Below, in pieces: positions 16,037 through 29,713 of a DNA stretch of 64,000 nucleotides. Under the pieces are notes generated by a model. It searched no databases. It was given only the letters and a program-made list of their open reading frames with translations, and was not told the origin of the DNA. Numbering within the stretch: the first letter of the stretch is position 1; each line of letters opens with the position of its first letter. A program made the translations under genes and the position numbers. This stretch comes from the human T2T-CHM13v2.0 reference genome, Homo sapiens: assembly GCF_009914755.1 (NCBI RefSeq), contig NC_060928.1. One strand, written 5' to 3'.

Positions 16037-16048
16037 TCTTTTCTTCTT

Positions 16049-16086
<38 letters not shown>
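15991..16086. repeat. Polypyrimidine tract: (CT)n grading into T36
   Basis: Read directly: ~18 CT units, CTTTT variants, then T at 16051-16086. Confidence 0.95.
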
Positions 16087-16091
<5 letters not shown>

Positions 16092-17134
16092 AAATCTGTT
16101 TGCAAGGGGTAATATCTTAACTCATCTATATTTCTCCCCTAACCGAGAACAGCAAGCCAATCATCCACAAGGATCTGAGGGAATGAGACGTTGGAAAAGC
16201 AAGTTTTGATAAGGGCAAGTTAATCAAAATAGGTCCTAAATACAAACATGTCTAGGGTGTCTGAATTAGGCTGATTCCCTTGGGGTCTATACTTCGTATG
16301 TGTGCTGGGGGTTTTGGGGGTGGTAGTTTGTGCTCCAGTAGCACAAACTGAGAGTGCTTCAGGGAGGCAGGGAAGAAAGAAGCATCTCCATTTCATGATG
16401 CTGAAAGGACATGAGGCTTTTACACACCCAACTGGCCCTATACCCTTCCCTAGATCATTAAAATAGAATAATCTTGGCACTAGTCTATTCTCCTTCTGAG
16501 TCTTCAGGCTCCTTCTCCACGGCTTTCCTCAAGGATGTTGTTCAAGCTCTTTTTAATCTTCTCCAGCCTATTCACAAGTTTAGGGAACAAAGAGTGAGGT
16601 TTGCCTTTACTCGCTGAGAATGGGCCTTGTCCCGAAAATGGGAGCAGTCTGTCCAGGAGGGCCACCCACCAAGAGCCATGGTCAGAGGCCCTGGGCACCC
16701 GGGACAGGAAGCTGGAAAGGGGAGCAGAGGCTCCCAAAGAGGATGTGGGAGAATGGGAGCAAATGACGCACGTCTGATCCATGCACAATGGCAATCCTTT
16801 AAAGTCGCATTGCTTGTAACTACACTCTGCTACTTAGGGACCTACTCTTACATATGCCAACTTGTGGTCCTGTTTCCAGATCCTCTAATCTGCTTATCAA
16901 GGAAAAGAATAAAGGCCCATACCCTGATATTGGGGAAACTGTGTTTCATGTTGCCTGTAATGGTGGGCAGAGAGAATACAGGAGATTTGCCTTGGACTCC
17001 AAAGACTATGCTAGGTGTTTACTGATGCTAGGAAAAAAAGCACAGCTTTCACATTAAAGAATTTGGAATCTGTGTTGGGGATGCAGGTAGCGGGTGGGCA
17101 AGCAGCCCTCTGTAAAATGTTATCAAAGAGGCAA

Positions 17135-17370
17135 CATAGCACAGTGAGTAAAAATACCAATCTGAAGCTCATCTGCTAGGATTTCATTCTCTGACTTCCA
17201 TCACTTACTAGCTGTGTGTCTTTGAGAAAGTTACTTTACCTCTCTGTGCTTCAGTGTTTTCACCCATAAAGTGGGTTTTACAAAAATGTCTACCTCTTGG
17301 GATTGTTGGGAAGATTAATGACTTAACATGAGTACTTGAGACAGTACCTGCTACAAAGTCAGTGGTACTT
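17135..17370 (+). mobile_element. MIR SINE
   Basis: tcacttactagctgtgtgtctttgagaaagttactttacctctctgtgcttcagtgttttc MIR core. Confidence 0.8.
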
Positions 17371-19343
17371 AAAATGTTTGCCAATATTTCTATTCCCCAA
17401 TCTGTTATCTGTGGATTTGAAATGTTTCTCAAAGCTAAAGCTATAAAATGTGAATGGAGGTTTAGGAACCACTGAGGTTGTGGTGATGGTGCTTTGAAGC
17501 CAGAAAAAGTGCTTGTGAGATGGAAGAGTAAAGAATAAGAGAGAAGCTATTGTGGGGGCCCAAGGCTGGACTTGTAGGCTAAGACTAGCCTGTGGGGTGG
17601 GGACAGGGCAGCTGGGAGGTCTGGGGCATTTCTGGGGCTTGAGGAGCTGCTTGGGGCCTCGGGTTGAGGGTGAGGGAATGCCATGATGAGATGAGAGAGA
17701 TGGCAAAGGAAGACTGTGGGTGGGGGTACCTGTGTCTGGGTGTGGGTGGCCTCACAAGAAGCAGTTCTGACTAGACCCCTGTTTGGAGCTGGAATTGGGT
17801 AAAATTTCGAAAGAGATGAAATCTATTCTTGGCATTTCATCTCCAAGAGCTCTTCTCCTCTCTTGCTTCATGTAAAGTACCTTCCCACTGCCTTAAAATA
17901 CTGGCCCCCCAAGCCAAGCCTTCCTCCTCCCACTGCTCCACAGCCTGAAACTGTTCACTTAACCCACCAGCCCCCTAACAGAATTCCCATCATTTGAGTG
18001 CAGGCTCAGATGTCAACCAGACTCGGGAGGAAAGCTAACAGAGTGGAACTAATCTCTCACTAACAAAATTACTGAGAGCCATGGATTGTTCCCTAAAGCC
18101 CCTGGCTTTTAAAAATAAAATACTTGTTAACTTGAATGTTTAATCTAGGAATTCTTAACTCAGGAGCTGGTGGGGTAGCATGAGTGGGTTGCAGGCCTTT
18201 GATAATCATCACTGTGAATGATTAGTAAAAGGGGTCTGTGACCCCTAAAATGTTAAGGACCATTTGCTTTAACCTGTCTTAGCTGAGGCAGTGTAACAAA
18301 GTAAAATGTAAGCATTCGGGTTAGTTGGAAATAAATATTTTTCAATGGGGTAAGCTAGTGGTTTGCATGTGTTTGTGTGCGTGCCTGCAGATGAACATAT
18401 GTGTGTGTGTCCAAATTTATTTCTTTTTCAATTTTGGAACCATAGATTTTTCTTCAGTGCTTGGATTCATTGCTTTCCTCCCACCAACATAGCCCCTGTG
18501 GTAGATTCAACTGGGGGTTCAGATCTGAGTGTTGGGCAGAACGGGGTGGCTGAGGCGGCTGTAACCCGGTTGTAGGGTCTGGAATCTGCTTAATCATGGG
18601 TTTTTGACATACTTCATGCTCTTCCCCACTAGGACAGGAAGTTCTTACTTCCATAACACATTATCATCACCAAGGAAGTGAGCACATATTTTCCACAGCT
18701 CCCATCCTCCTCTTCCCTCCCCCATTTCCTATTGCTGTCTGCCTTCCCCATCCACTCTCCCAGAATGCTTCACTTTGCCATAATGAGATGCTCAGCTGCC
18801 ATGCAGCCACCAACAACCGGAGATGGATGGGGTCTCCTGTACTGCCCTGAGAGGGATGTTAGAAAGACACTGTATTCATGGTAGCAGGCTAGAGAAGGCA
18901 AGGAGAAATTAAGAGCCTGACAATACACAGAAGCCATTATCCAAATAAAATGATTATTCTTTCTGTCCAGCCCCTGCTAGCTGGAGTAATTGAAACAATG
19001 CTATATTTATGAAAAACACCATAAAGGTCATGCATTGTTTAGACTCAGTTGGAAAACTGCACCTTCTGAGATCAAATTTAATGCAGCATCATTAGGACTT
19101 GATTAGCTCAATGCAGAATAAGGTGAAAGTACTCAATTCAGAGAAGAACATGTGGTAATGAATGAATACATTTTTATTCAAATACTTTGTTAATTCCCTA
19201 GGCAGGTGTGATTTCCATAAAATAAAAGGTCCTGAGTAAAAAGGAAAAGAGTCAGTTTAAGAATTCTATGGCTGTACTGGAATAAAATATTAGCAAAAAG
19301 ACTTGCTAATGCTACCCTGATAGTGATGTGTTAAGAAATCTTA

Positions 19344-19789
<446 letters not shown>

Positions 19790-19849
19790 CTAAGATGGCT
19801 CCTTCATGAGGAAAGATAGCAGGATTTTCTAGAAAATTTAAAAGTATAG

Positions 19850-20105
19850 GGCCAGGCACTATTGCTCATACCTGCAATCCCAGCACTTTGAGAGGCTTGA
19901 GGCGGGCAGATCACTTGAAGTCAGGAGTTAGAGACCAGCCTGACCAACATGGTGAAAACCTGTCTCTACTAAAAATACAAAATTAGCCGGGCATGGTGGC
20001 ACACGCATGTAGTCCCAGCTACACGATGAGCCACAAGAATCACTTGAACTCAGGAGATGGAGATTGCAGTGAGCCAAGATCATGCCACTGCACTCCAGCC
20101 TGGGT
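19850..20105 (+). mobile_element. AluS-type element, 3'-truncated (no A tail)
   Basis: Alu dimer sequence ending at cactccagcctgggtt. Confidence 0.9.
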
Positions 20106-20291
20106 TCTCAGTGATATATCGAAGTCGAGAATTTATAACATTCAGCAGAGCTTCATTAGACACTCTGAATAAATAATCTCATTTGCTGTGGGGATAAGGT
20201 CAAAAGGGTAAAATAAATAAGAATTTAGTAACCTGGATGTAATCCTTCTGACCCATACTTTTCATTATATAGATCTATAAAAGGAGCCTGA

Positions 20292-20637
<346 letters not shown>

Positions 20638-20748
20638 TGATTTCACTATCTTTTGAGAGCATGTTAACAACCATATTATTGTATCCTTATAAATAATCTC
20701 TGAGGTATATAGGGGCATATATTAACCTGATTAAAAAGAGAAGGAACT

Positions 20749-21226
<478 letters not shown>

Positions 21227-24200
21227 CTAAAGCCCAACACAGGAATATTAAAAACATGGAGTCTGGCTACTTAGGGGCACGTTTACTTATTAGCTGGGTG
21301 GCAAGTTACCGAAGCTCTTGAAGCTTCAGTTAACTTACCTGTAGATTGGGGATACTATTAGTTATTAGTACTCCACTGTGTTGTTGTGAAGTTAAGTAGA
21401 TTAGTTTACCAGTACAGTACTATTAGAGTAGTGCCCGTCACATAGGAAGCATTAAGAAAGAAGTTGTTATCACTTGGGACAGCAAATTCAGTTGGTCATA
21501 TTTGGAGAAGGAAAACTATCCTGCCCTCTATGGATAAATTCTCCTTTCGGAGGGGGTTTATTTTCATTTCCAAATACTAGAAACCCACCTAGCCTGACAT
21601 TTTATTACTAAAGGAGTTCTGCCAACTCTCTCACTGTAATCTAAGGCCAAATTAATTCCTCTCTGTCCTGTGTTCTTTCTTATTCTCTTTAAATCTTACC
21701 AGGGACACATTTATCTGTCTGTGCAGGCCCAACTTATTTTCAGTCTCAAGAACTATGCTATTCTTCCTCCTACTCCCAATCCCAACACATGCAGGAAAAG
21801 CATGCTACAGTGGGCTTAGCAGAATTTAGGGGAAAGCGTAACATTTGATTGAAGAGCTCTGCTGTTTTTTTTCTCTTACTAGACTTCTCCATATCACATT
21901 CTAATCTAGGCTTAGGGCATTTCAAAATATATCTGATTAAAATTAATATTGTATGACTAATAAAATAGAAAAATTCCAATTAAATTAGGTATCATTAACA
22001 TGGAGTAACTTGCTTCAATATTACCTTAAAGCAGTAACTGGGTGAAATGAAATGGCATAAAGGCTGCATCTCCAAATATCTCTACCCATCACAGTCCCAA
22101 GATATTCAATTATTAATTTTTTTCTCCAGGGATTCAAATATAAATGTACAGAAGTATAACATTATTATCTCAGTAAACCTCTCCATGGGGATCATGTTCT
22201 TTGGGAATACTACAAATGAGAAAAAAAAAAGTGAAGTATTGATTTACATATTGAAAAAAATCCTGAATGAAATACATAAAAAAGAAGGCAACATTTCAAC
22301 CATGAAGCAGACTTGTATTAGATTGGCATAGTAACTTTCAGATGGGAAGGGAGAGTAGTTTACCTATCTTTGGAATTTGAAGCTTTGATATTAGACAGTG
22401 TGGTACAGGGGATAGAGTTGAGAAACCTGAATTTAAGCCCTGTTTTGTTATCAACTAGCCAAGTGACTCAGATTAAACATTTAACTCCTTTGGATGTCAA
22501 GTCTCATATTTTTAAAATGAAGATGTTGGATTTGATAATCACCAAGGTTCCTATCCAGATCTAAAATTTCATGTACGGTAAACATTCATTTTAAGGGGTA
22601 TGGTTAACCAGTGCCTACCACAATATTTGAAAGCATTGTACTAGGTGCTAGGCAAGTAAAAAGATAACTATAACAAGTTTCCTGATATCAGAGGTTTATA
22701 TGGTGTGGATTATTTAAATGACCAGGTAATATTTGCAGAGCATTATGTAGTCATTTTATTATACTTTGTAAAACGTGGGGGCAGTGAGGGTCAGCCGACT
22801 AGGAATGAGCTTTGCCTCTCAATCCTTAGGCTATAGCTGACTCTTTATAAAGATCTGGGTAAATTACCTCTAAGTCTGTTTTCTACTTGAAAATAATCAT
22901 ACTGACTCAACTGAAAGCAATGTTGAGAAATAACAGAGGTTGTACATTCTATAAATTTTTATGGACACCATGCATATGCCAGGCCAGTGTTGGGAGCTGG
23001 GGCAAAGCAGCCGACCCATCCTTCATCTAGCTTAACTCTTATACACATTATTATAAAGTATGCTGCAAATAAATTAATAGAGCAAATGACTAGCTATAAT
23101 TAATTGTGGGCTTATTGTAATTTAGAGGTGTCACGAAGGAAGCCCTTTTCTGTGCAAAATAACATGTGTCTCAGTCTTTGAAGTACCATGGTAAACGGTA
23201 AAAAAAAAAATCATAAATATTACACACACAAAAGATTTGAAACTTGTATTAAATGACATATAATTTATTATTTCCTAGATGTAGATTAAGCTGAAACATA
23301 AATAGAATAAAGAATGCAGGAGCAGCTTCCCTGCTCAGAGTAAGGGCGGATATTCTTACTGCTAGATCTGCCCAACAAGCAATCCCCTATCTCAGAGTCC
23401 AGAGGTACCTACCCATCACTGTGGGGCCCCGCTGAGGTACTGTCATGATAAAGGTGATCAATAAGGATGTTCTATGAGAGATTCTTGTCTTGCGAAAGAA
23501 CCTGAAGCAAATAATAAATAACTTCAGGTACAGTTCTGAGATTCCATAAAGTGATTCATAAATGTTTGAATGATAAAAATATTATATAAATAGTATTATA
23601 AGGATGTAATTTATTAAAGAGAAATTAGCGATTAAGATGGAGGGAGCATTTTACCATGGGAGTGCTGTGGGACACAGAAACTGGTTTGTCTGAGCCCCTT
23701 CCAAATAGCATAACATTTGTGTCCTGATTTAAAATCTAAATTTCAGAGCCTGGAAACCCAAAAGCCTGGGCTGTAGAAATCTAAAACCAAAAAGACCGTG
23801 CGTTCTGTTACCTGTGATTTGTGGTGTCACCTACTCTTTGAGGCTCCCAGATGGCCCAGGGCCTTAGGATATGGGGATGCCTTGTAGGTGTGTTGTTGTT
23901 GGAGTTGGTGGCTGGGATGAGGGTGGAGGCAGGGTAGGGTGGGGGTGGGTTGGGGTGGGGGGAATCCTCCGTTAATATCTCGAAATATTGTTCTGTTACC
24001 ATAATGCGGTGTGATAAGTTAGCTTCAAGTATTGAAAAATCAGGGCAGGACTCATGGAAATGGTGCGAATTCTTGACTTAGGGTCAGAAGAATTCACCAA
24101 AATTAACGTCTCCCTCTGCCAAATAACAGCCAGTTTCAATTTCTGGACGGCCTCTCCGCGGGAGTGACAGGTTTTCTTAGATGCCGCCGGGGGTCTTTCA

Positions 24201-24769
24201 CGGGCTGGTGGTCTGCCCCCTGGACTCGTCCATGTGTTAGGCTCAGTCCGCAGCTCAGAGCGCGGCCCTGTATTTCTGTCTGATGTCTGGGGCATACAGA
24301 TGTGTGTGACGGACAATGCTCGTGGCATTCGAAGCCTCTTTAACAGACATTAGTGACTAGAGGAAAGAAGTGTGCGAACTCTGCGAAACAAGTATGCGGA
24401 CTCTGGAAAAGAAGTACATTTCGAAAGTGGGGAGAGGATGGATCTTCGTAGGAGAAATGGAAATTTGCTCCCCACCAGAAGGTTTGCTGGAAATTAAGAC
24501 GCGGCAATTCTTAATCCAGTTTCCTGCGGTAGGAAGCAGCTGACAAGAGAAGTCCCAGTCCGAGTTCGGCGCGAACTGGACAAGTGTCGTGGGACAAGTG
24601 GCGGGAGACCCGGCCGCGTCGCGCCGGGCGCTAGGGACGGACGCATTTCCCTACTTCCAGCAGCTGGTACGAGCTGCCCCCAACTGCGCTGCGCTGCTCT
24701 ATTCTTTGGGAAACACTTCGCGTGCTTTGTTTCAGACGCCGACCCATCTTTCTTGGTGGGTCTCCAGCT

Positions 24770-25070
24770 CCACCAATCCCGCCCGCCACTGGGCGGGGTT
24801 TCAGGGTCAAGGTGGACCAATTTCCCAGCTTCGCCCCTACACGCGCTCTCGGACCCCTGGGGGTGACTGACAGCAGCCGGGCCCAACCCGCTGCTCCGGA
24901 GCATGGCCTCCGCCAGGGGCGTTACGGAGACAAGGCCCCAGGACCAATCGTATTGGCCAGTGGGGGGCGGGGCCTCGTTGCCAGCTCCAGACCGGCGCTA
25001 TGGGCACTCCTTTTGTCAAATGAGAGACGCAGCAGGGCGGCCCCTGAGCCGCGGTTTAGCCAATGGAGAA
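24770..25070 (+). promoter_or_regulatory. DCUN1D4: TATA-less proximal promoter with CCAAT (NF-Y) and GC (Sp/KLF) boxes
   Basis: CCAAT at 24773, 24817, 24944 and 25060; ATTGG at 24952; GGGCGGGG at 24791; GGGGCGGGGC at 24964. Confidence 0.75.
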
Positions 25071-25201
25071 GGCGAGATGGGCGGGCTGGGAGTGCCCGGC
25101 GGCGGGTCCTCAGCTTCGAGCCGAGGTGCAGTGAGCTGGTGGGGGGACCGCGAGGCGAGCGCGGGAGCCTGGGCGGCGAGCCGGGTGTGAGCTGCCTGAA
25201 A

Positions 25202-25226
25202 ATGCACTCGGATGCCGCCGCTGTCA
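25202..25226 (+). CDS. DCUN1D4: DCUN1D4 exon 1a coding part (MHSDAAAV + 1 nt)
   Basis: gaaaATG (A at -3); donor A|gtgagt at 25227; joins exon 2 in frame to the recognised N-terminus MHSDAAAVNFQLNSHL. Confidence 0.95.
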
Positions 25227-25544
25227 GTGAGTAGCAGAGAGCCAGCCAGCGGGCCGGGGCCGGGCGGCTGCCAAACTCGCCACTCGGCTCCCGCAGTCCC
25301 CGCCCCACGCCTCGGGTCCCGAAACGCGCCGGGAGCCCCTGCCTGGGAACCACCCCTTCCCCTCCCGGGGCCGGGGCGGGCGGTGACGCTGCGGGCGGCG
25401 TGGGGCGGGGGCGGGCGTGGGGGGAAGGGACCGGCCTGCGGGGAGGGCGGAGGTGAGGGGGGTGGGGACTGGCTCTCTTTCAGTGTTGGGGGAAGGGAGG
25501 GCTGGACGTGCGATGAAGGGCCGAGATCGGAGTGTCCGGGGTGC

Positions 25545-25701
25545 ATGGAGGTGGAGGCAGCGTTGGGCTGTAGCGGGCAGGGCCGGGGATGTGGGGGGGT
25601 GGCACCGGCGGGGAGAGGGAGGGAGCGAGCGAGCGAGCGGGGCACAAGGGTGAGGATTTCCAAAGGGCTGAGTGGTGCGGGCGGCTCCGTGAGAAAGGCG
25701 G
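25545..25701 (+). CDS. DCUN1D4: DCUN1D4 alternative first exon 1b (MEVEAALGCSGQGRGCGGVAPAGRGRERASERGTRVRISKGLSGAGGSVRKA + 1 nt)
   Basis: ATGG at 25545; 157 nt open; donor G|gtgagt at 25702 in the same phase (1) as exon 1a, giving ..RKADFQLNSH.. (+44 aa); matches a remembered longer isoform. Confidence 0.7.
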
Positions 25702-28624
25702 GTGAGTGCGAGGGGGGCGCGGGGGCGGGGACAATGGGAAGAAGGGCTGGTTGGCGGGGGGGTGGGGGGGGGGGCGGCGAACAATGGGGTGGGGGAATGG
25801 GGGCAGCGGCCGAGCGGGGCAGGAGGGCGGGCGACTGGACGAGGGCTGATGTAACGGGAAAGCGAGGTGGTGGGAGGGACTGGGGTGTAATGGTAGTTGG
25901 GGAGTCCGGCGGGGCGGGAGGGGCGTTGGAAGGGCGGTGGGTAACGGAGAGTGGTGGGAGTGGAAGATGTTGGGGTAAAGAGATGGGGCAGGTGTGGAAG
26001 GGTAGGGCGATTGGGAGGAAGAGGAGAAAAAGGTGGGGAGGATTTGGGGTGGCAGAGTGGGGGCAGGGGTGGAGAATATGAAATGGGGGTGAGGAGCTAG
26101 TCGGGGAGGAAGGGGAGGTGGGGCGGAGTTGGGCAGGAGGACTGTCACGTCCAGATTCGGTCCGGAGCCGGGCTAAGGGGGTGTCAGACTGTGCTTAGGG
26201 GAGGTACTTCCTCTCCCTGTCGAGGCAGGGTCCCTTGAAGGGGGGAGTCCAAGCTTCGGGGTGCGGAGAGAGGAGGGGGCGGGGCTGAGGTGGAGGAGAC
26301 GGGGTAAGTGCCCTAAGGTTGGAACTGGCCGTGGTTCCCCCCGGACGGCGGGAAGCGAGGTCAGCGCTGGCGCGGGCTCCGGCAGCGGGACTAGGAGGCG
26401 GGGCAGGGGTGCGGGCTGCGGGGTTTCAGCAGCGGGAGCCGGAGGGGTCGGGCCCTGATGGCCGGGTCGGGGGCTTGGCGCCGGGGAGGTGTCGGGGTCC
26501 CTGGCAGTCCGTGGGTTTGATAGTCTGTGACGCAGTTGTCTAATTTCTGGCTATCAGGTGTGGGGGTTGGTGCCATGGAACCCGCTTCCTTAGAGGGATG
26601 GCCGGGCCCTAGGCCGCGCCCCACGCCCGGGGGGCGCGACTTCTCCCAGGCGTGCTGGGAGGGCGCTTGAGGGGTTTCCTTTAGGGTTTGTCTCCAGTCA
26701 ACGGGTGTGAAGGGGAAAGGCGGTCCCGCCGAATTCTGGGACTTGTAGTCGCGGCCGCGCCCGGCCGCGGTTGGGTTGGGTGCACGTGGGTAACTGTGGA
26801 AACGGGTCCCGGCATGCAGCGCGCCCTTGGAGCCTTCCTGCTCGGCCAACTCGTGCTTTATTCCCCGGCCAGCTCCTGCGCGCTCTCGGGAGGCGGTTGA
26901 GTTCCCAGGGACGGAGCGACTCCCCAGCCCTTCTCCCTTGGGAGAGGGAGAGCCCACGCCAGGCGCAGCCCTCTTCACACTTAGGTTCTTGGTCCCCAAG
27001 TGAATTTCCCCCTGCATTTTGTGGCCTTACTTGTGGAATAAATGCTTGGTCTTGTACCATCATGCGCACGGGTTGTGGGAAAACATTTAAGAAGCAACAC
27101 AATGTAAAGCAGCCTTTAGAATGGTGTATTTAATTTTGGCATCCAGTGTGTGTAAGCACTGGGTTCCAGCATTCCCTTGCATAAATATGAGAACACAGTG
27201 GAGGTACACGTAACCCTTGTAACGATAATATAAACTATGTGTTGGTATTTCTTGGGGTGTTTGAAAAAATAACTGTCTTGAAATGAGTGATGGAGGTGGG
27301 TTAGTGGAATTTAGGGTGGAAATGTGAAGGTGAGCAAAGGTAATATGTGACGTCTTCAATTTTCGAAGAAGCTTGGAAAGCAAATGAGAATAGAAGAAAA
27401 CTGTAAAAAGTGGAGAACCATAAGACTTTTTTTGTTTGCTTGTTTTATTATTAGCTGCAGGCTGCAATTCCTTCTCTCCTTAATACTAGAAACCTTCCTC
27501 TCCATAAGTAGACTCCCTAAACGTCACATCCTTCACCAGTTCCCTTTACTGTTTACAGGGAAGGGACTCCAGAATCTGTAATGTAGAAGGCTAAGATTAA
27601 TGCAGAGATGATAGATTTTTGTATGTAATATATAAGGTATTATGAAACTACTTGCAACATAGTCATTAGAAGAATATTGTAATTTTTCTGATGATAAAAA
27701 TATTACCAAGAAGTCCTAAGATTTGTAAACCTTTTGGTGTGGTTACAAACATACTGAACTTGGATACTTGATTGTTTGATGGTTCTTTTCATGATGAGTG
27801 AAAAATTGGGCAATGTGTGTGGTGTTCTTGTGGAGATCATTTATATCTATCTGTCATATTTTACTTAATCGTGTGGTGAAATATCCAGGAAACTCTTGGT
27901 AATATAAAAATATGTACAAAAATGTGCACTTAACTCTGGAATTTTTTCTTGCAGAGGGTAAAGTGATGAGGTTGAAAAACATGCAAGAGCTATAATTGTC
28001 TTCAAAATGGTGTTTTTAAAGAAAATATGAAGCTAGTCATAGCTTTCTCTTTTTCTTTTGTTCTATTATATCCCAAAGGGCAGGTGCTTTTTATACACAT
28101 ATAGCCCACCTCCCTCCATTCCCCAAAGCCCTAGGCTCCTACACACTTTCTGCTCTGGTTTTTAGGTTCCTTTTTGATTTTTGGCGCTTGGGGAGGTCCT
28201 TTATTTTCTTGTGAACGTAGCTGTGCATTTAAACAGATGTTTCTTACACGTTATCCAGAATTTTTGACTGTTTTATATTAAGAAGGATTTTTAGGTAATC
28301 TTGTCTGTAACATTGCCAGAAAAGAAGGCCTGCCTCATTTTCTCTTAGTGGACTTCACTCTCTTCTTCCTCTGTTGTTAACTCTGTGTACCCCTACTGGC
28401 ACTTAATCATGTTTTTTCAAACTTTATCATTGTCTCCTTTTCTGTTTTTATGTTAAGTTGCTCCCAGCAGCTCTTCTTGGCTTATTACCTTCTTCCTGGC
28501 TACGTTTACATTATTATCTCAATCATCATCTGCTAATTATAACTAATAATTAATAGCTAATAATCCTGCTAACTTAGCAGTATAAAAATCAACCTGTGAG
28601 AAACTGACCTCATGATGATCTCTT

Positions 28625-29110
28625 GTATCAGTTAGGATGCCTTTGCCAATACAATGCTCAAATTAATGGCTTAAATAATAGGGCTTATTATTGTTCGGTA
28701 GCAAGAAACCTAGAAGTAGTTGGTTCTAAAGCTGGTGCAGTGGCTTAATGATGTCATTAAGGATCTAGGTTCTGCATCTTTTTCTTCTTCTATTAGTGTT
28801 TTAGCTTTTATTCCTCAGGCTCATTTGCCTCATGTTTGCAGTATGGTTGCCGTAGCACCAGACATCATGCCTGGATTGGAAAGCAGGGAAGGAAGGTGCA
28901 TATTTCCTTATAACTCCCTGTTAACAGAGAAGTCTTTTGCAGAAACTCACTTTGGAGAGTTCCATTTCAGTGTCATTGGATTGAACTGATCTCATGCCAC
29001 TGCTAGCTGTGAGGAAGCCTGACACAGTGAATGTCTGGCATTTACCAGCATCTCTTGTAAGATATGGCCTTTCGTAGGGTGGAAGAAGGGTGAGAAGAAT
29101 GCGCTGGGTT
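28625..29110 (-). mobile_element. Old MaLR LTR (MLT1K/L-like)
   Basis: tgtatcagttaggatgc..aatggcttaaataatagggcttatta..ggtgcagtggcttaatgatgtcat pattern. Confidence 0.55.
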
Positions 29111-29570
29111 GGCAACTTGCAGGTTATATCCCTGAACCAGCTACTTTGGCCAGCTGTCTCTGGCTTGGTCTCAACCTTTACGTTGATTTATTTTCTGCCT
29201 TATTCTAAAAGAATTAGGGGTGACTTGCTAAATATAGATAAAACCCTGTCAAGAGAAGAAAAATTTATATATAGACTTGTAAGGTACACAGAAACACTTG
29301 CCATATGTTAGAAATATTTGGCACTGAGCTTTTTAATAGTCAAAGAAGAGAACAAAACTAATAAATTTTATTCATTTGGTAAATGAAGCTGCAGTAATTT
29401 TAATAACCCACACTGAAATCCTGGACATTTCTTATCCTCTTCTTCCCTGGTCAGTGGCAAGGAGAGATTGCATCTCTTCCCATGCCCAGCCTCTCTTTCC
29501 CATACCTATTGCCATGGCCTTATGTCTGAGACAGCCTTTCTTACAGTGTTATAATAACCAGCAATACATT

Positions 29571-29713
29571 TTTCTTTCTTTTTTGTTTTTTTTTTTTTAG
29601 AGGTTGGGTCTTGTTATGTTGCCTAGGCTGGACTCGAACTCTGGGCTTCAGGGGTCCTTCCACCTCAGTCTCTGAGTAGCTGAAGTTATAGATGCACGCC
29701 ACTGCACCCGGCT
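29571..29713 (-). mobile_element. FLAM (free left Alu monomer)
   Basis: T-rich tail plus a single Alu arm ending gccactgcacccggc. Confidence 0.85.

Larger units (their letters stand above)
24150..27070. promoter_or_regulatory. DCUN1D4: CpG island covering the DCUN1D4 promoter and first exons
   Basis: Sharp rise in GC and CpG density relative to the CpG-depleted flanks; encloses both first exons. Confidence 0.93.

Noticed and set aside
24773-24790. ER-stress element (CCAAT-N9-CCACG)
   Set aside because: Spacer is 8 nt and the second half is CCACT.
24494-27133. Many overlapping 100-290 aa ORFs on both strands
   Set aside because: Stop-codon scarcity in a GC-rich island; low-complexity G/P/R/A products. 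Only the segments bounded by splice donors (exons 1a and 1b) are supported.
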